A stretch of DNA of 64,000 bases. It comes from Amoebophrya sp. A120 (Eukaryota; Protista; Dinoflagellata). A program made the position numbers and the translations under genes. The stretch's first letter is position 1. Every line of letters starts with the position of its first letter. The notes beneath the pieces are model-generated. The model did no database searches, was not told the origin of the DNA, and was given only the letters and a program-made list of their open reading frames with translations. Below are positions 1-13,000 of the stretch, piece by piece. The stretch is from the NCBI GenBank assembly GCA_905178155.1, contig CAJINV010000003.1, forward strand, positions 8,786,179-8,850,178, given 5' to 3'.

Positions 1-711
1 GCTGGTATGACTATTCTAGGGGAAAAAAAAAATCGTAATGCCCCATGCCTGTGTAGCTGTAGGTAGCTGTAGGCGCTCCCGCTCCTGCTGATGTAACATG
101 GAGTTCGGGGATTGTGTACGAGAAAACCGGATGAGCAACACACACCACGCAAGAAAGAGAGACAGATATTCTCAACTGGAGAACAGCGAATGGCCTTTAT
201 CATATTGATGAAATATCCATATGTATCCAGGGCTCCTCCGCCATCGTCGATCGTCTTGCCGGGACGCAGCACGACTATGGAAGCTTGCTGGGCGAATAGG
301 ATGAGATAGATACTCATGGAAAATAAATGCCACAGAGGACTCGATCCAGCCTATGGGTCATTTTCATTTTTTGCAGGAGCGGATTCATTTAATATTCGGC
401 GCGCATCAACAAGGGTTCTTGTATGGTGAAAAATCACAGCTGCGCAGCTTCATCATGCTGCTCTCTATGCGTGTGTCGTGTGTGTCTGTGTGCGTGTGGT
501 ACTAACCCTACTTCTTTTTGTTTTGCTGCTCGCCCTTCTCGTCATGATCCCCAGCATTTATTACAAGACTATAGACTGCAGACGCAGTGCCTCATTGTGA
601 TATCTCGTGTTTTTCTTTTCTATTCCTTTGCTTGCATTGATTCCGCCGGCACGGTTTCTTGCCGGATTCTCCGAAAATTCTGCCACTTCTCCCGGATAGC
701 AAGTCCCTTGA

Positions 712-780
712 CTAGCCGACTCGGACGTTGAGCCAGAACTAGATGTCGTTGATCACAATGAGGAAACTACCCGCGGGACC
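712..780 (-). repeat. Diverged tandem copy of the NTF2 3' coding end, downstream of the stop codon
   Basis: Minus strand reads GPAGSFLIVINDI*FWLNVRVG*, against the true end HAGSFIIVNDMFRLNIG*. Confidence 0.7.
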
Positions 781-785
781 TACGT

Positions 786-1919
786 CTACCCGATGTTGAG
801 CCGAAACATGTCGTTCACAATGATGAAACTTCCGGCGTGCGGTACTAAGTGAAACACCTGGGCAAACTTCAGCGGATTCTCCTCATCGTCTACTTTCAGG
901 TCTCCCGTCACAAAAATGAAGACGCCATTGTTGAACGGGTTCGGCTGGAAATCCACCTGGGGGGTAAGCACGATCATGACATCGGTAAGTATTTCTAATA
1001 TTTGTATTTCTGGTTGTTGCTGCAAAAATAAGGACTGCACGCGCACAAGAATCTTTTAAGATTATCAAAGTAAATGAGTCGCGCTTGTATCCACACGTCC
1101 TACTTGAATAGCAAAAGAAAGTGTTACCTTTGTGAGGGTATGCTTCACTTTCGAGAACTTCAAATTGTTGAGCTTGTTCATTATCGCCTGCTGTCCCTGC
1201 AGCGCTTCGCCCTCGAACGTCATCATGGAATCTGGCGTGTACCTGAAAGAGAAGCGACACTATAGCATAATGATAATCATAATTCTCGAAGGTAAAGCAC
1301 CTGCTGCTGCAGGAAGCAGTTATGGTCGTTGAAGAGAGGATGGAGTCGTTACACGAGTCAAAGTCAATGAAACTGAAAGAAGCAATTGTACAATTGTTGG
1401 AGCGCGACCCGATTCGTGTCAAAGGTATTGTAGTAGTGCTGGCAGAACTGCTATATCCCACAGAAAAGCGTACCCAGCAGACCAGAATCGTCAACGCCGC
1501 TTTGAAATTTACTACGGAGACTTCGTCACTTTACTACGTTTTCTTTCCCCGCGTGGCATGATAAGCATCTTCGCAGGGACATACTCCTACCTCACTCCTG
1601 CAAAGCAGTGCCAGTGCCAATCGATATCTATCTCTATGTTGATGCCGCTGCGTTTACTTGTTCTACATGACAAGTACAGCACGTCGAGACTGTTGGAAAT
1701 AATACAACTCCAGAAAAGGTATGGTGTGGACGGCTTGTGCTAGTGCTTCTTTTTGTCTTTTTTTGTCGCCGGCGGAGGTCGTCCCCCACCTATTTATATG
1801 TTTTGTCTGTCGGAGTAGTTCTTTCGTTGCGCTTTTAAGTACAACGATGGCATGCTGGGTATACTTTTCTGTGTGATATGCTCGCCAATCTGAGCAAACT
1901 GCGGGTTGATCTGCGACAT
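786..1919 (-). CDS. NTF2: Nuclear transport factor 2, 4 exons (approx. 1919-1879, 1448-1392, 1242-1128, 956-786)
   Basis: Spliced translation MSQINPQFAQIGEQFCQHYYNTFDTNRVALQQLYTPDSMMTFEGEALQGQQAIMNKLNNLKFSKVKHTLTKVDFQPNPFNNGVFIFVTGDLKVDDEENPLKFAQVFHLVPHAGSFIIVNDMFRLNIG* is a typical NTF2. Introns 957-1127 and 1243-1391 are GT-AG; intron 1 is a TIR-type element. Confidence 0.95.
1454..1878. mobile_element. TIR/DR introner (NTF2 intron 1)
   Basis: TIRs TATCACACAGAAAAGTATACCCAGCA / TATCCCACAGAAAAGCGTACCCAGCA; sense DR GAGCA/TAGCA; removing element+5 joins IGE-QFC. Confidence 0.9.
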
Positions 1920-4032
1920 TTTCTTGCCTCGGCTGCCTCGTGATATGGATGTGTCAGGCGGAAAGTCGCAAAATATAAAGATTGAAACGCAAATGGAAAC
2001 AAACTATCTGCGAGGCACAACGAAATGCCTGTCACGAATGGATGGCATTCGCAATTGCGGACGATAGTTCTGGGGCTCTTTGCAATACTAGAGGGAGCAG
2101 GAGCACGACAGAAAGAGTCTTTGATGCCACAAACAGCATGACCAATTGTTTTTTTTTTGATGGAGCTCCTGACATTGACATTTCTGGTGCGCCGCTGAGC
2201 AAGTCGCAGTCGGCGCCGAACGAACTGAAAATGGCGTGAACAATTTCGTGCGTGACTTCTTTACATTTTCACTTTGACGATTTCCCACCTGGCAATCCCA
2301 TACGTGAGGTCCTTCTTGTACTGTGCCCACCGGAGGATCGTTGCAGGAAATTGGTTGTGGTAAAGCCCGAAATGTGCTATTTCAAGATCGAACTTTAATT
2401 CGCTTGCACGCTCGTGGTCGTGGGGTCTTCTGTTATCGGAAAACTGCTGCAAGGAAGAGCAATTCCGACAAAAGACTGGAGTAGACTTTAGATACCGCTG
2501 TAGTTTTGTCTTCAAAAAATGAGTGCTGCAAAGAAACGGTCTGCCGGCTCACATGAAGATGATGACAATGATGATAAAAAGCGAAATAAAGGGCCGAAGC
2601 AATGCAGGGAATTATAAGCTAAGCAGGGCTTCAGCTACGTAAACAGATAATGGAAAGTCAAAGTTGAAACGGGAGCACCGAATAAATAAAACGCTCCACC
2701 AGCGTTGCAAATTATAGAAGTAGTCGCTGCACCGGTACGGCTAAAAATGTAATGAAAGTTTTCTATCGCGAAGAGCTTTGTTCGTTTTGGACCTGTTAGT
2801 AAAGAGAAAGGGCGGACAAAATACAACACACCGCATCAGTTATTCAGCTTGTACATTTTGCGGAAGCAGCTTTACTGCTAGGAACGGAGCAACTTGAAGA
2901 AGACCCAGCGTGCCATATAGTATCTGAGTAAGAATCAATCTGATCATGCCATTTCTCGGGTAGATCGACAGCACAGTAACGCCAACGTGATCAATCTTGT
3001 TGCAATGGCAAGACTATTTGCAATGGCTGCGACTCCTGCGTGGTCAAGAAATACTAACTGAATATCCACCGCGAGCACGACGACCACTCGCGATCATCAT
3101 CGCATATATTAAGATAGAGATCTGACACTTCAACAAATTTCTGTCTAGTATTAGTTCTGATGCAAACGGAAAGACTTCGCTGGTGCACCAATAAAATTAT
3201 AGCCTGAGGATCCGTGCTGGCATTTACATTTTCAGTTCGAATTCCGTCGTTGTACAGCTTAGTAGCAGTGGTTCACCGGCGGCACTGGTATAGCAGCACC
3301 AGCAAGAACCATGACAGGCTAGTTGTATCTCAAAGATACTAAACGACAAAAACTGAATCTATCAGATGAATATGCAGTCCGACTAGCACTACAGCATTTG
3401 CTTGCTACTTTTTGAACGATTTGAGGATCTACGCCTCAAGAATCTGGCTGTTCTGGATCTATCTTCCTAGTGATTAAGTATTTCGATTTCCTATTCGTTT
3501 TCTGAGTTTCCTCTTCTTTAGAAACATGACCATAAACGTGGTTTCGATTCGACGAGGAGTGAAAGCGTGACTCAAGAGCAGTCCCGCCCCATTATATCGA
3601 CGAACTACAGCCTTCTGGCGTGACAGTGACTTTTGACCTTCGTAGGATGGGAACACCAACACAGTCACGACGACCTGCGCCGCCAAGTGCTTTGGTCTTG
3701 CATCATTCGTTCGCGAGATTTTGCAAAGCTTGCGCTCCACTTGATTCGAGCAAGCAGCACAAAAAAAAACGGAGTTAGTATACAATTAGAAAAGTGGACC
3801 AGTACTGATACTTTCTTGTTTTCTTCTCCACCTATGCTATCCATGCAAGTTGTGCAAGATTGACTGTGTCCTATGCTTAAGTTCTGCTCCTATCCACATA
3901 TTGGTATTACAATCCACCGTGGAGGAGGAGCTAGAAACCGTAGAGCACTCCAACTCATGATCATGATGTACATGTATGATTCTAATCCTTTTAAATATTG
4001 CCCGCCCGGGACGTATAGATAAAAAGTGAACC

Positions 4033-7000
4033 CTATATTGATGATTTCGTTTGCGAGGGAGATGCTAGCCCGGGCACCGACTTAGAAAGGCTCGGGCTGC
4101 TCGCAGTCGCTTTTGATAGCGAACTCCCGGGGAGAAACAGCGGGACGCTGGGGACGTCGCTGTTCGTGTTCCGCGTAGAGGTGGTTCGTTTTTGAGGCAC
4201 CGAGCTACCATCCTGGTGCCGCTCCACCACGTCACGGTGCGTGTTCTGGGTAAAAATCCGCTGACTCTCCAGCACCTGCTTCTCTGCCGCGAGCCTGTAA
4301 AATTTTGCCGCGAAGGAGTAGACGCGCAGCAGCGGCGTTTCCTGCTCCAACCCCAGCTTCTCTCGCTCGGCTGCGCTTATCCAAAAAAAAAAGCTTTACA
4401 TTCCCACATTCATAAGTATTGTGTTCATGTTGCGGATTCAGCATCAGCATGCACAGGACGAGATAGCTTGGTCTGCCAGAACTGGATCTGCATGACAAGA
4501 AAAGGAACAAATAAATGATGAATCAGGTGTATTTCATCTTCTACGTGCGGAGATGACAAGTTAAAGTGTAATCATGCGTTGTATGTAAGATTGCTGGTCC
4601 TGCGCATCTCTTCGTGCAGGGAGATTGTTCCCTGACTGTGTTGCCGTTTCTGCAACTAAACAGTGATGTGTTTACTGTAGCCTTTTTTTCTCTCCATAGC
4701 GCTGGACGGAACTATGCTGCTCCCACTCGACCCACGAAGCGTGTTGGGCTCAGGTCTCTTCTCGTCTGAAGATGCTGGGCCCGATGCTTTGCGTTCTCCC
4801 GCTTCAAACTCCCGCTGCTCATCCGGTTTCAGTGGCTTTTCCTCGTCCTGTGCAGACGAAGATCGCCCTTCGCGGCGCTCTCCTGTTTTTGACGTAGCCG
4901 TGGGACCACGTTCGGCGTCTCTTACTCCTGTGTTTCCCATAATACTCAGCGGCAGCTGCTCGGCGGAAAGAATCCCGCGCTGCGCGAGCCGTTGCAGGAG
5001 CGTTTCGGCTTTTGTAATCTTCAGCTCTAGCGTATGCAATGCAAATTTCCCACAGCACACGTTGGACAAAATAATGCATCACAAATTTAACGCGTGAAAA
5101 ACTTTTCAGTGCACTCTGTTTTTTGTTTTCTCACACGGAACAAGGAGCCACGTTTGCACAATGTGCAGTACGAAAGGAAATTCACTGTGCATACACCGCC
5201 TCCCAGTTCTCTTCTCCTATCGCGCTCATTTCCGCAGCCGCTATGTCGGAGCTAGTCCAGTTATCCAGATTCAGTGCCGCGCAGAGTTTGAGCACCTTCT
5301 GCTCGCTAAAGCTGAGCCGGTCGAAGTGTGTGAAAGCAATTCCGAGCACCCCATCAACTTCCAAGCTGTCGATTTCGTCGATACTCGCGGTAAAAGCAAC
5401 GACTTGTGCGACGTCTTTTGATGTGGATCGCTGCGCGGCGGGTGAGGCTGGAGGAGCATCATCGCTAAAAGGAAAATTATGATTATCCCTGTTGTTTCCG
5501 GGAGCCATTAGCCCCGACCGCCGTGCTTGGTGTTTCAGAAGACTGCGACGAGCGTGCAGGTTGCTGGAAAGGGTAAGTGAGCTCGGTGCACCAGCATTGG
5601 AAGGCGCGCCGCTGGGGCTACTGTTCTTCTGTGACGCAACATCCGCAGATGAATAGCTGAGATCATCTCGTCCTCCACCTGCGGCGCCACTACTTATGGT
5701 TCTCCCTGGTTGTTCCCCTATCCCTCGTGTCGTCGGGAGAACCGCAACTAAACGCTTTCGCACGAAGTGCTCGGCAAGAAGATTGATAAGAAAGGCATTG
5801 CCAACCGACATGTCCATCAAGTAATCTTTCACGTCCTCCGGGAGCTCGAGGCCCGCGCAGTCCTCGTGGAGCCACCGGGTGAGGCAATGACGAAAGTACT
5901 CGGTCGCCGTCTCCCGGGAGAAGTACTGCATGTGCACGAGGCCGTTGATACACTCCGCCTTCTCCTTCACATAGTCGAACCATGACGACTGCTGCAGCGG
6001 CCGCGTGCAGAGTACGAACACCAATGAACCCGCGTCCTGTGCTGGTCCACCCCCTCCGAATGTTTTCATCTGTGATGACGAGAGCAGCTGCCCTTGTTGC
6101 TGCGCCCAGGGATGTTGTTGCCAGTGTATGTTTTTCATCTGGTTGTGCATGTTATTGGCGTGGTCCTTCTTGTTGCTGGCAGCTGATACGAATGCCTGGT
6201 GCTGGGTTCTTGTGTTCATCATCTGTCGTGCCTTGCGGCGCTCTTTGAGGATAAAATTAGTCAAGCCGACGGAGAATTCGCCGGTGCGCTTGTCTTGGTC
6301 CTCAAAGAAGGCGGCAGATCGCTGCAGGTGGAGCAGCACCACGATGCGCCGGCGCCTGCTGTACGCGTCGAGGACACCAAGACACACCTGCATCAGGCGG
6401 TTCCGCCCGGTGTGCCGCAGATCACAGTCGGTTTGCGCCTTCACGACTGTGTCGCCAAATTATGCGAGTGCACAACGTACTATGCTGATCCTGGCCCTGC
6501 CCCGCATTTTTAGTGATGGGATGTTGCAAAAGCGCAACGATATTGAGTGCGGTATCATTCATCTATGTCTGCTATCGTAGCTGAACTAGAAGGGTGCAGA
6601 CGTCGAACTGCAAGCAGTCGAACTGGAACTACATTGCAAGTGATGCAGTCTGCCTCTGTGAGTTGACTTGTCAACATGGAAATCTCCGCGTGGCAGCTCT
6701 CCTGTAGTCGTGATTCATGCAGTGCACCACACGAGGGGAACGAGGGACGAGAGAACAAAAGGTTCTTGTGCAATCGGATACAAATTCAACCGAACACATT
6801 ACCTTGGACAGCAGCGGAAGCCAGACGCAGAGTTCCTCGTCTGCCAACAAGCCCGTCATAATTTCGCACATGTTGTCGCACTTCAGCCCCGTGCGCGCCT
6901 TGATCTCCTCGATCAAAACCAGATCTGCCCGAATCGCCTCACCCAGCTGGTTGAAAATTGTTTGCCACGGCAAGAATTGAACCTGTAGTTCGTTGTTGTG

Positions 7001-10000
7001 CGTAAGTAGTTGCTCTCGGGAAACAACACAGCTCGTGTTGATAATTGAAATGCGCTCTTAAAGATCATCCGTGGTCGTGGTGGTCAGGATGTTGAGGAAT
7101 CAGAACAATCACAAGCAGGCATTAAGGGTCAAGGAGGATCATTTTTGTAGCGCTCTGATGAGAACGAGGAGGAGGACAAGGGCGAGGACACGACCAAGTT
7201 CATATAAATACAAGGCCGCAACTTATGTCGCGCAGTGGGAGGGTGAACGAGTGGACGGGGGGGAAAGAAAAACGCCAGAGGGTGGGCAAGGGAAAAAATT
7301 TTTGATGCAGGGCGGGGCCAGGCATCTGTGCCGCTTCTTGCTGAAAGAACGAAGGCGGAGCGCCATGGCGCCCGTGGTTCCCGTCGTTGTGCGAGCGCGA
7401 GGACCCCGCCCGCACTGGGCGCGCGTTTGCGTGGCGGCAAGCCTTAGGCCCAAGCAACAACGCAAAGCGCGACAGCGAGCGGGCGCCAGTGGACGGGGGA
7501 AGGAAGCAGGAGAACAGCCCGCGCCATGCGAGGCGCTGGCGCGTGACGCCCCGCCCGCGCGTCTGTGGTGTGGCCCGTTCGTGCCGCCTGCCTGTGTGCC
7601 CCGCCCCTGTGCGCCTTGGTGCCCTCCCGCTCCCCCCCGCGCGCAGCCTTGCAGAACGGGGGCGCGCTGGGGCCCCTGCCGCGCGCTTGGATGGAGGACG
7701 GGCGCCAGCGCGAGGCATTCATTGCCCTCTGGGCGCAGGGGCCCACCACCCTCCCCCAGCACCCCCGGACAACAACGGCGCCCCCCGCGTTAGCTCGCAC
7801 GCAATCTGTTTCGCCCCCGCCTGTTTCCCTCGCGCGCAGGCACCCTCCAAGACAGAGACGGTGGACGGTGGCGCCCTCTGCCGGCCTCTTCGTGAACAGA
7901 GGGAGGGCGCCGGGGAAGGGTGGTGGGCAGCTGCTCGCCTGCAAGCCTGGCGCTGGGGCGCGACCTTCCCTTCGCGAACAGAGGGAGGGCGCCGGGGGAG
8001 GGTGGTGGGCAGCTGCTCGCCTGGTGCTTGGCCGCCGGCGGCGTGTCCCAGACGGCGGCAGGCGCCTTTTCAATGCATTTCCAGCTGGGAATCCAGCTGG
8101 AAACATTTGGAAGAGGCATCTGCAGCGCATTTCCACCTGGAAACGCAGCTGCAGACGCCTTCTCAATGCATTTCCCACCTGGCCTGTTCAAAGTGTTTCC
8201 AGCTGGATTTCCAGCTGAAGAGGCCTGATCCATTTCTATCTGGAAATCCAGCTGGAAACACTTACTTTGAGAAAGCATCTGCAGCGCGGGCCTTGGTGCA
8301 ATTTCAGGCGAAGCAAGACGCCTCAAGGCGTATCCAGGTGGAATGTCGGGTGGAGATGCCCAAGGGCATTCCCAGGGGAAATTTCGGGGCTTTTCGGTTT
8401 TTTTTTTTATTTCCGAATTGCTGTGCTTAGCACGACAGCTACTCTGGCGACCCGGGGAAGGCATTGGGGTGATGCGGGGCTACCTTTCTAGTGGCAAGAT
8501 GTTGGGAACGGATGATAGAAGTTTGCTTCTTTTTACGACTTGGCGCGCTCAGCATAGCTATTCTGGCTACCCAAGGAGAGGGCTTCCAGTAGGATACTGG
8601 GAGGGTATCAGGATAGTGGGAGGATATTTCTTTTGCCCGGGTTGCTGTGTTTAGCACAGCAATTCTGGCTACCCAGAGGAAAGATTTCCATTGGGATATT
8701 GCGAGGGTATCTTCAGGATAGTTGGAGGATATTGGCAACGGGTGGGAAGAGTTCACTTTTTTGCCCGAGTTGTTGTGTTTAGCACAGCAATTCTGGCTAC
8801 CCAGGGGAAAGATTTCCCGCTAGGGTACTTGGAGGGTATCAGGATAGTGAGGGGATAGTGGGATGGTGCGGGTAAGGGGAGGGAGAATTTTGCTCGTTTT
8901 CCCCGAGTTGCTGTGTTTAGCGCAGCAATTCGGGCTACCCAGGGGAAAGATTTCGCAGTAGGATAGGTGGCAACCCATGCACAGCTTGCAGGGATGCAGT
9001 CGACGCCTTCGGTCTTCGACTGCCTGATCGCGTTGCTCTTCTCGGGCGCGCGATCAGCTGAATTTTTTTTCCTTTAGGATTTCAGTAAGGAAGTGAAACG
9101 GTGAGAAAAGTTTGCTTGGGGGTTTGTTTTCCTTAGGGATTTCAGTAAGGAAGTGAAACGGGGAGAAAAGTTTGATTGGGAGTCTGTTGCGAAACATTTT
9201 CGACGGGGCCCGCGAAATATTTTGCGTTGCAAAATATTTCGGACCTACAAAATATTTCGGACCTACAAAATATTTCGGACCTACAAAATATTTCGGACCT
9301 ACAAAATATTTCGGACCTACAAAATATTTCGAGCTGCAAAATATTTCGCGCCGCAAAATATTTCGAGCCGCAAAATATTTCGAGCCGCAAAATNGCAAAA
9401 TATTTCGCGCCGCAAAATATTTCGAGCCGCAAAATATTTCGAGCCGCAAAATATTTCGAGCCGCAAAACATTTCGAGCCGCAAAACACTTCGAGCCGCAA
9501 AATATTTCGAGCCGCAAAATATTTCGAGCCGCAAAATATTTCGAGCCGGAAAATATTTCGAGCCGGGAAATATTTCGAGCCGGGAAATATTTCGAGCCGG
9601 AAAATATTTCGAGCCAGAAAATATTGCGAGCTGCAAAATGTTTCGAGCTGCAAAATATTTCGAGCTGCAAAATATTTCGAGCTGCAAAATATTTCGAGCT
9701 GGCCGTTGGGCGTTGGGCGTTGGGCGTTTGCGATTTGGCCGGTTGCCGTTGGGCGTTGCGCGTTGCGCGTTGGGCGACTTCCCAAATCGCGACAGCTTTG
9801 GAAAGTTTGGAAATTGTCAAAAAATTTTCGGCGTGGATGATTTTCCTCCCCGTGGCAAAGTTTTAACTGCCCCTGCTCAGCAATAGGAGTTATAAAATCA
9901 TGTGGAGAAAAAAAATTAAACGGCTCTGCTGCTGCAGGTACTTCTGGAAGTACTAAAAAAGATGAAACTAACAGTTGTCATAGTATAAGAGTACGCTTAA

Positions 10001-13000
10001 AAATTCCCGTGACGAAGAAACATGTGTTTATTTCGTACCATGTGTGACTGCGTTGGGTTCAGCGCGTTTCCCTCAAGGAGGAGAAAGTTTTCTGAATGAA
10101 GATTCTGTGTCCGGTCCCTAGTCCGGCGCTGGGCAAGTTTGCGCAGCGGTTCGAGGATCTCGTGCTTCCCCGTGCCAGGATCCCCCGTCACGACGGTGAC
10201 GCCACCACCCTGCGATAGTTGATCCGTGACGGCGGTTTCGAGCTGCACGTATTCAGACGAACGCAACCAAAAATCTTGAAGATTTTGGCTTTTTCCCGTA
10301 GAAGTAGGAGTAGCCCCTGCACTGCTGGTCGTGCCAGTACTCGATTTATTTGGTGGAAACGATGCAGCAGCAGCCCTTGTTCCCCTGGGTTCTTCGGGAT
10401 TCAAGATGGTTGCGCCGACGAGGACCTTTTTGTCGCCTACTTCTCGCTCTGCTTCCGTGCCATTTGCGTCAGGATGGAAGAGCGCGGATTCGCGCTTGGA
10501 CAACCAATCACGCAACAGGCGTCCCGTTGGGCGGAAGACCGGCACCGGGGCGGCCTTGCCCTTCATTTTGATCGGATCCAAGGCCAGCACCTCGATGTTG
10601 TTGTTCTGCAAGCAACGCGCCGTCTCGGGACAGGCGAGAATACCCCACTCCTCGCTGGCATTCCCCATCAAACGTGCTGCAAGATTTACCACGTCCCCCA
10701 ACACGGTATACTCGCGCCGCTGCGCGGTGCCTATGAGGGTGCGTAGCTTTTCCTCTCCTTGTCACGCAAAACACCAAAAACAAATCTTCGAAGGCTTAAA
10801 ATTATACATTTTACACTGTTCGCATGACAAGTTGTGGGACTGTAAAGAAAAACTCCCTGCAAAAAATCCAAATCGAAATAATTCTATATTGATTCAATAA
10901 GAACCTTATCGTGCCTCGGAAGCTGGTGCGTTGTTGCTGTTACTTCTGCATCTGTAGTTTCTGTAGAACATCTTCATGCCGTGGCCTTGCTAGTGAGGGG
11001 ACGAGGAGGGAAAAATTGTGGACTCTCATAGTGCCAATCACGCCGCACCACACCATTCCCGTGGCCACGCCGGCGCGGCCCTTCACGCCCTCCTCACGCA
11101 GGGTGTCCAGCATGCGCATAGCCGCTAGGGTGGCGCGGACCGGGTCGTCGCCGAAGTGGCTCAGCGGTTTCAACCCGAAACAACACAGCAGCAGCATACC
11201 CTTGTCATCCACCACAAACTTGTTTACGCTGCCTTCCAGCGCGTAGCAGCTCCGCTGACAGCAGCTCATCAGCAACTGCGTCAGCAGGACGCCCTCCGCC
11301 GACCTGGCCACGTCCGCGCCCGCCCGCTCTTCACTGCTGATAGACAGGAAGATCACACTGATCTTCCGCATCTCTTCCTCAAACCTCTCGTCTGCAAGAA
11401 TTGCACGGAACTCGGACATGGGGATGTACCGCGAGAGCATGGTCACGTCGAAGTCAGGGCTCGGTTTGTACACGCTTTGCGGGAGGTACTGTTCGGGGTC
11501 TGCGATCTTGCCCATAATTCTGTACCCCGGCGGCCCGTCCTTGACCGGAAGAGTGGGCGTCTCCTCGCGGCCGCTGAAGGCGTGCAGGGCTTGCTCGTAG
11601 ACCGCAAGGAACTCCGGGGACGCGCAAGTCTGCGTTGCCCGCGCGAGCGGCTCTGCAATTGCGATCTGCGGGAACGCGGGCCCGGTGGCGCAGTACTCGA
11701 ACCGGCCCAGTACCCCACCCAACTGCAGCAGCGTGCAGGGCCCGTATCCCACTCCGATGTGGAAGGAGAAGTACACGCCGCTGACCGGCGTAGGGTAGTG
11801 GCTGAGCTTCTGGTGGATCTCCTGGCAGCAACAGGCGGCGCGGAGCGGTGCTGTCTTTCTGGTCTCCATGTCGTCCTCCGGGTCTACGACTTATCATGCG
11901 GAAAAATCTCACCCCTATCCGCAGCCAAACGCACTGCATTTTTCTGGCCCGAGGTTTCTTATTGAGTATAAATAGATAGCCTTGTGCTGCGAGACGACAA
12001 CTGCCAAAAAAATATTATGATCAAGGCTCTGTGGACAACTTAAACTTGTATGGGTGGAGACATTAACTTGATGAACCATTTTTTCCAACAAAGGTCCAGC
12101 GACACGACAAATGATCTCCACCCGAGCTGGGAGACAGGGATGAGGGACAGGGATTTTTCCTCAAGATATGGGAAACATGATAGTTACCGCGTCGCCGGAG
12201 AACTTGATAATGTCGTATGAGAGTGCAATACTGCCGCGCCTCTTCATTTTTCATGTGGAATAACATTAAGAGAAATTGTTCCAGTAGCGCCGCCCTCATT
12301 GCATAAAAAATGTGCCTAACTGAAGATGTTCGTGATGAAGACAAATTTCGAAGCCAAAACAAAAGCACTCCAAGTTGTCAAGTTTGGATTTGAATGCTGG
12401 TGAAGTAAGGTCATTCTCATTTCAGCATCTGCTGTCTTATTCTGTAACAAATTCGACATTGACCATCATCCTGTTCTTCACGGTAGTCATGGCAACAGTC
12501 GCTCGAGGGGGCGGGCAAGTGGTGCGCTCTCGTATGTCCCCGTCCCACCGCAGGACGATGTCAATCAGGCGGCGGAAGAAACTGTTCAGAAAAGTGCCCA
12601 CCTGTTCCGTGCCCCGGTTCAGGTTGGTCAATTTCTCGGTCATTGCGGTGAAGCCTGAGGCATCTACAAAAACCAACACGGACTCCGTGGACCCCACCAC
12701 CGGGTTCGGCATCGGCTTGCCCGGCGCAAAGTCGATGACGTTGTTCACGATCTTCCCCTTGCCGATCGCCTCTAGAATCAGTCGCGGCAGAAAGGAGGTG
12801 AACCGCTGCACGTCTTTCTGTGCGGCCGGAGGGATCGAAATCTTCGGAATCTTAGTCGCGTCGATGCGCCGCTCCGCAGCGAATATGTACCAGCGCCAGT
12901 TGTCGCTCTCGTACTTTTGTTCCATAATGGTACTTTCCCGTCTTCGTTCCTCTTCATTGCGTTCGGAGAGAAATCGAATCAAATACCGCAGCAACACGGA

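Noticed and set aside
2088-2515. Protein-like minus-strand ORF fragments upstream of NTF2
   Set aside because: No recognisable family and no consistent exon model.
6702-6781. Apparent 80-nt GT-AG intron in the cyclase gene
   Set aside because: It leads into a dead-end frame; the TIR/DR element 6461-6780 gives a clean in-frame join.
7071-8491. Long GC-rich ORFs in all six frames
   Set aside because: Stop-poor GC-rich repeat inside an intron; no recognisable domain.
9054-9886. Six overlapping repetitive ORFs (LEIFCGSKYFAARNI...)
   Set aside because: Artefacts of a stop-free 17/18-bp minisatellite inside an intron.
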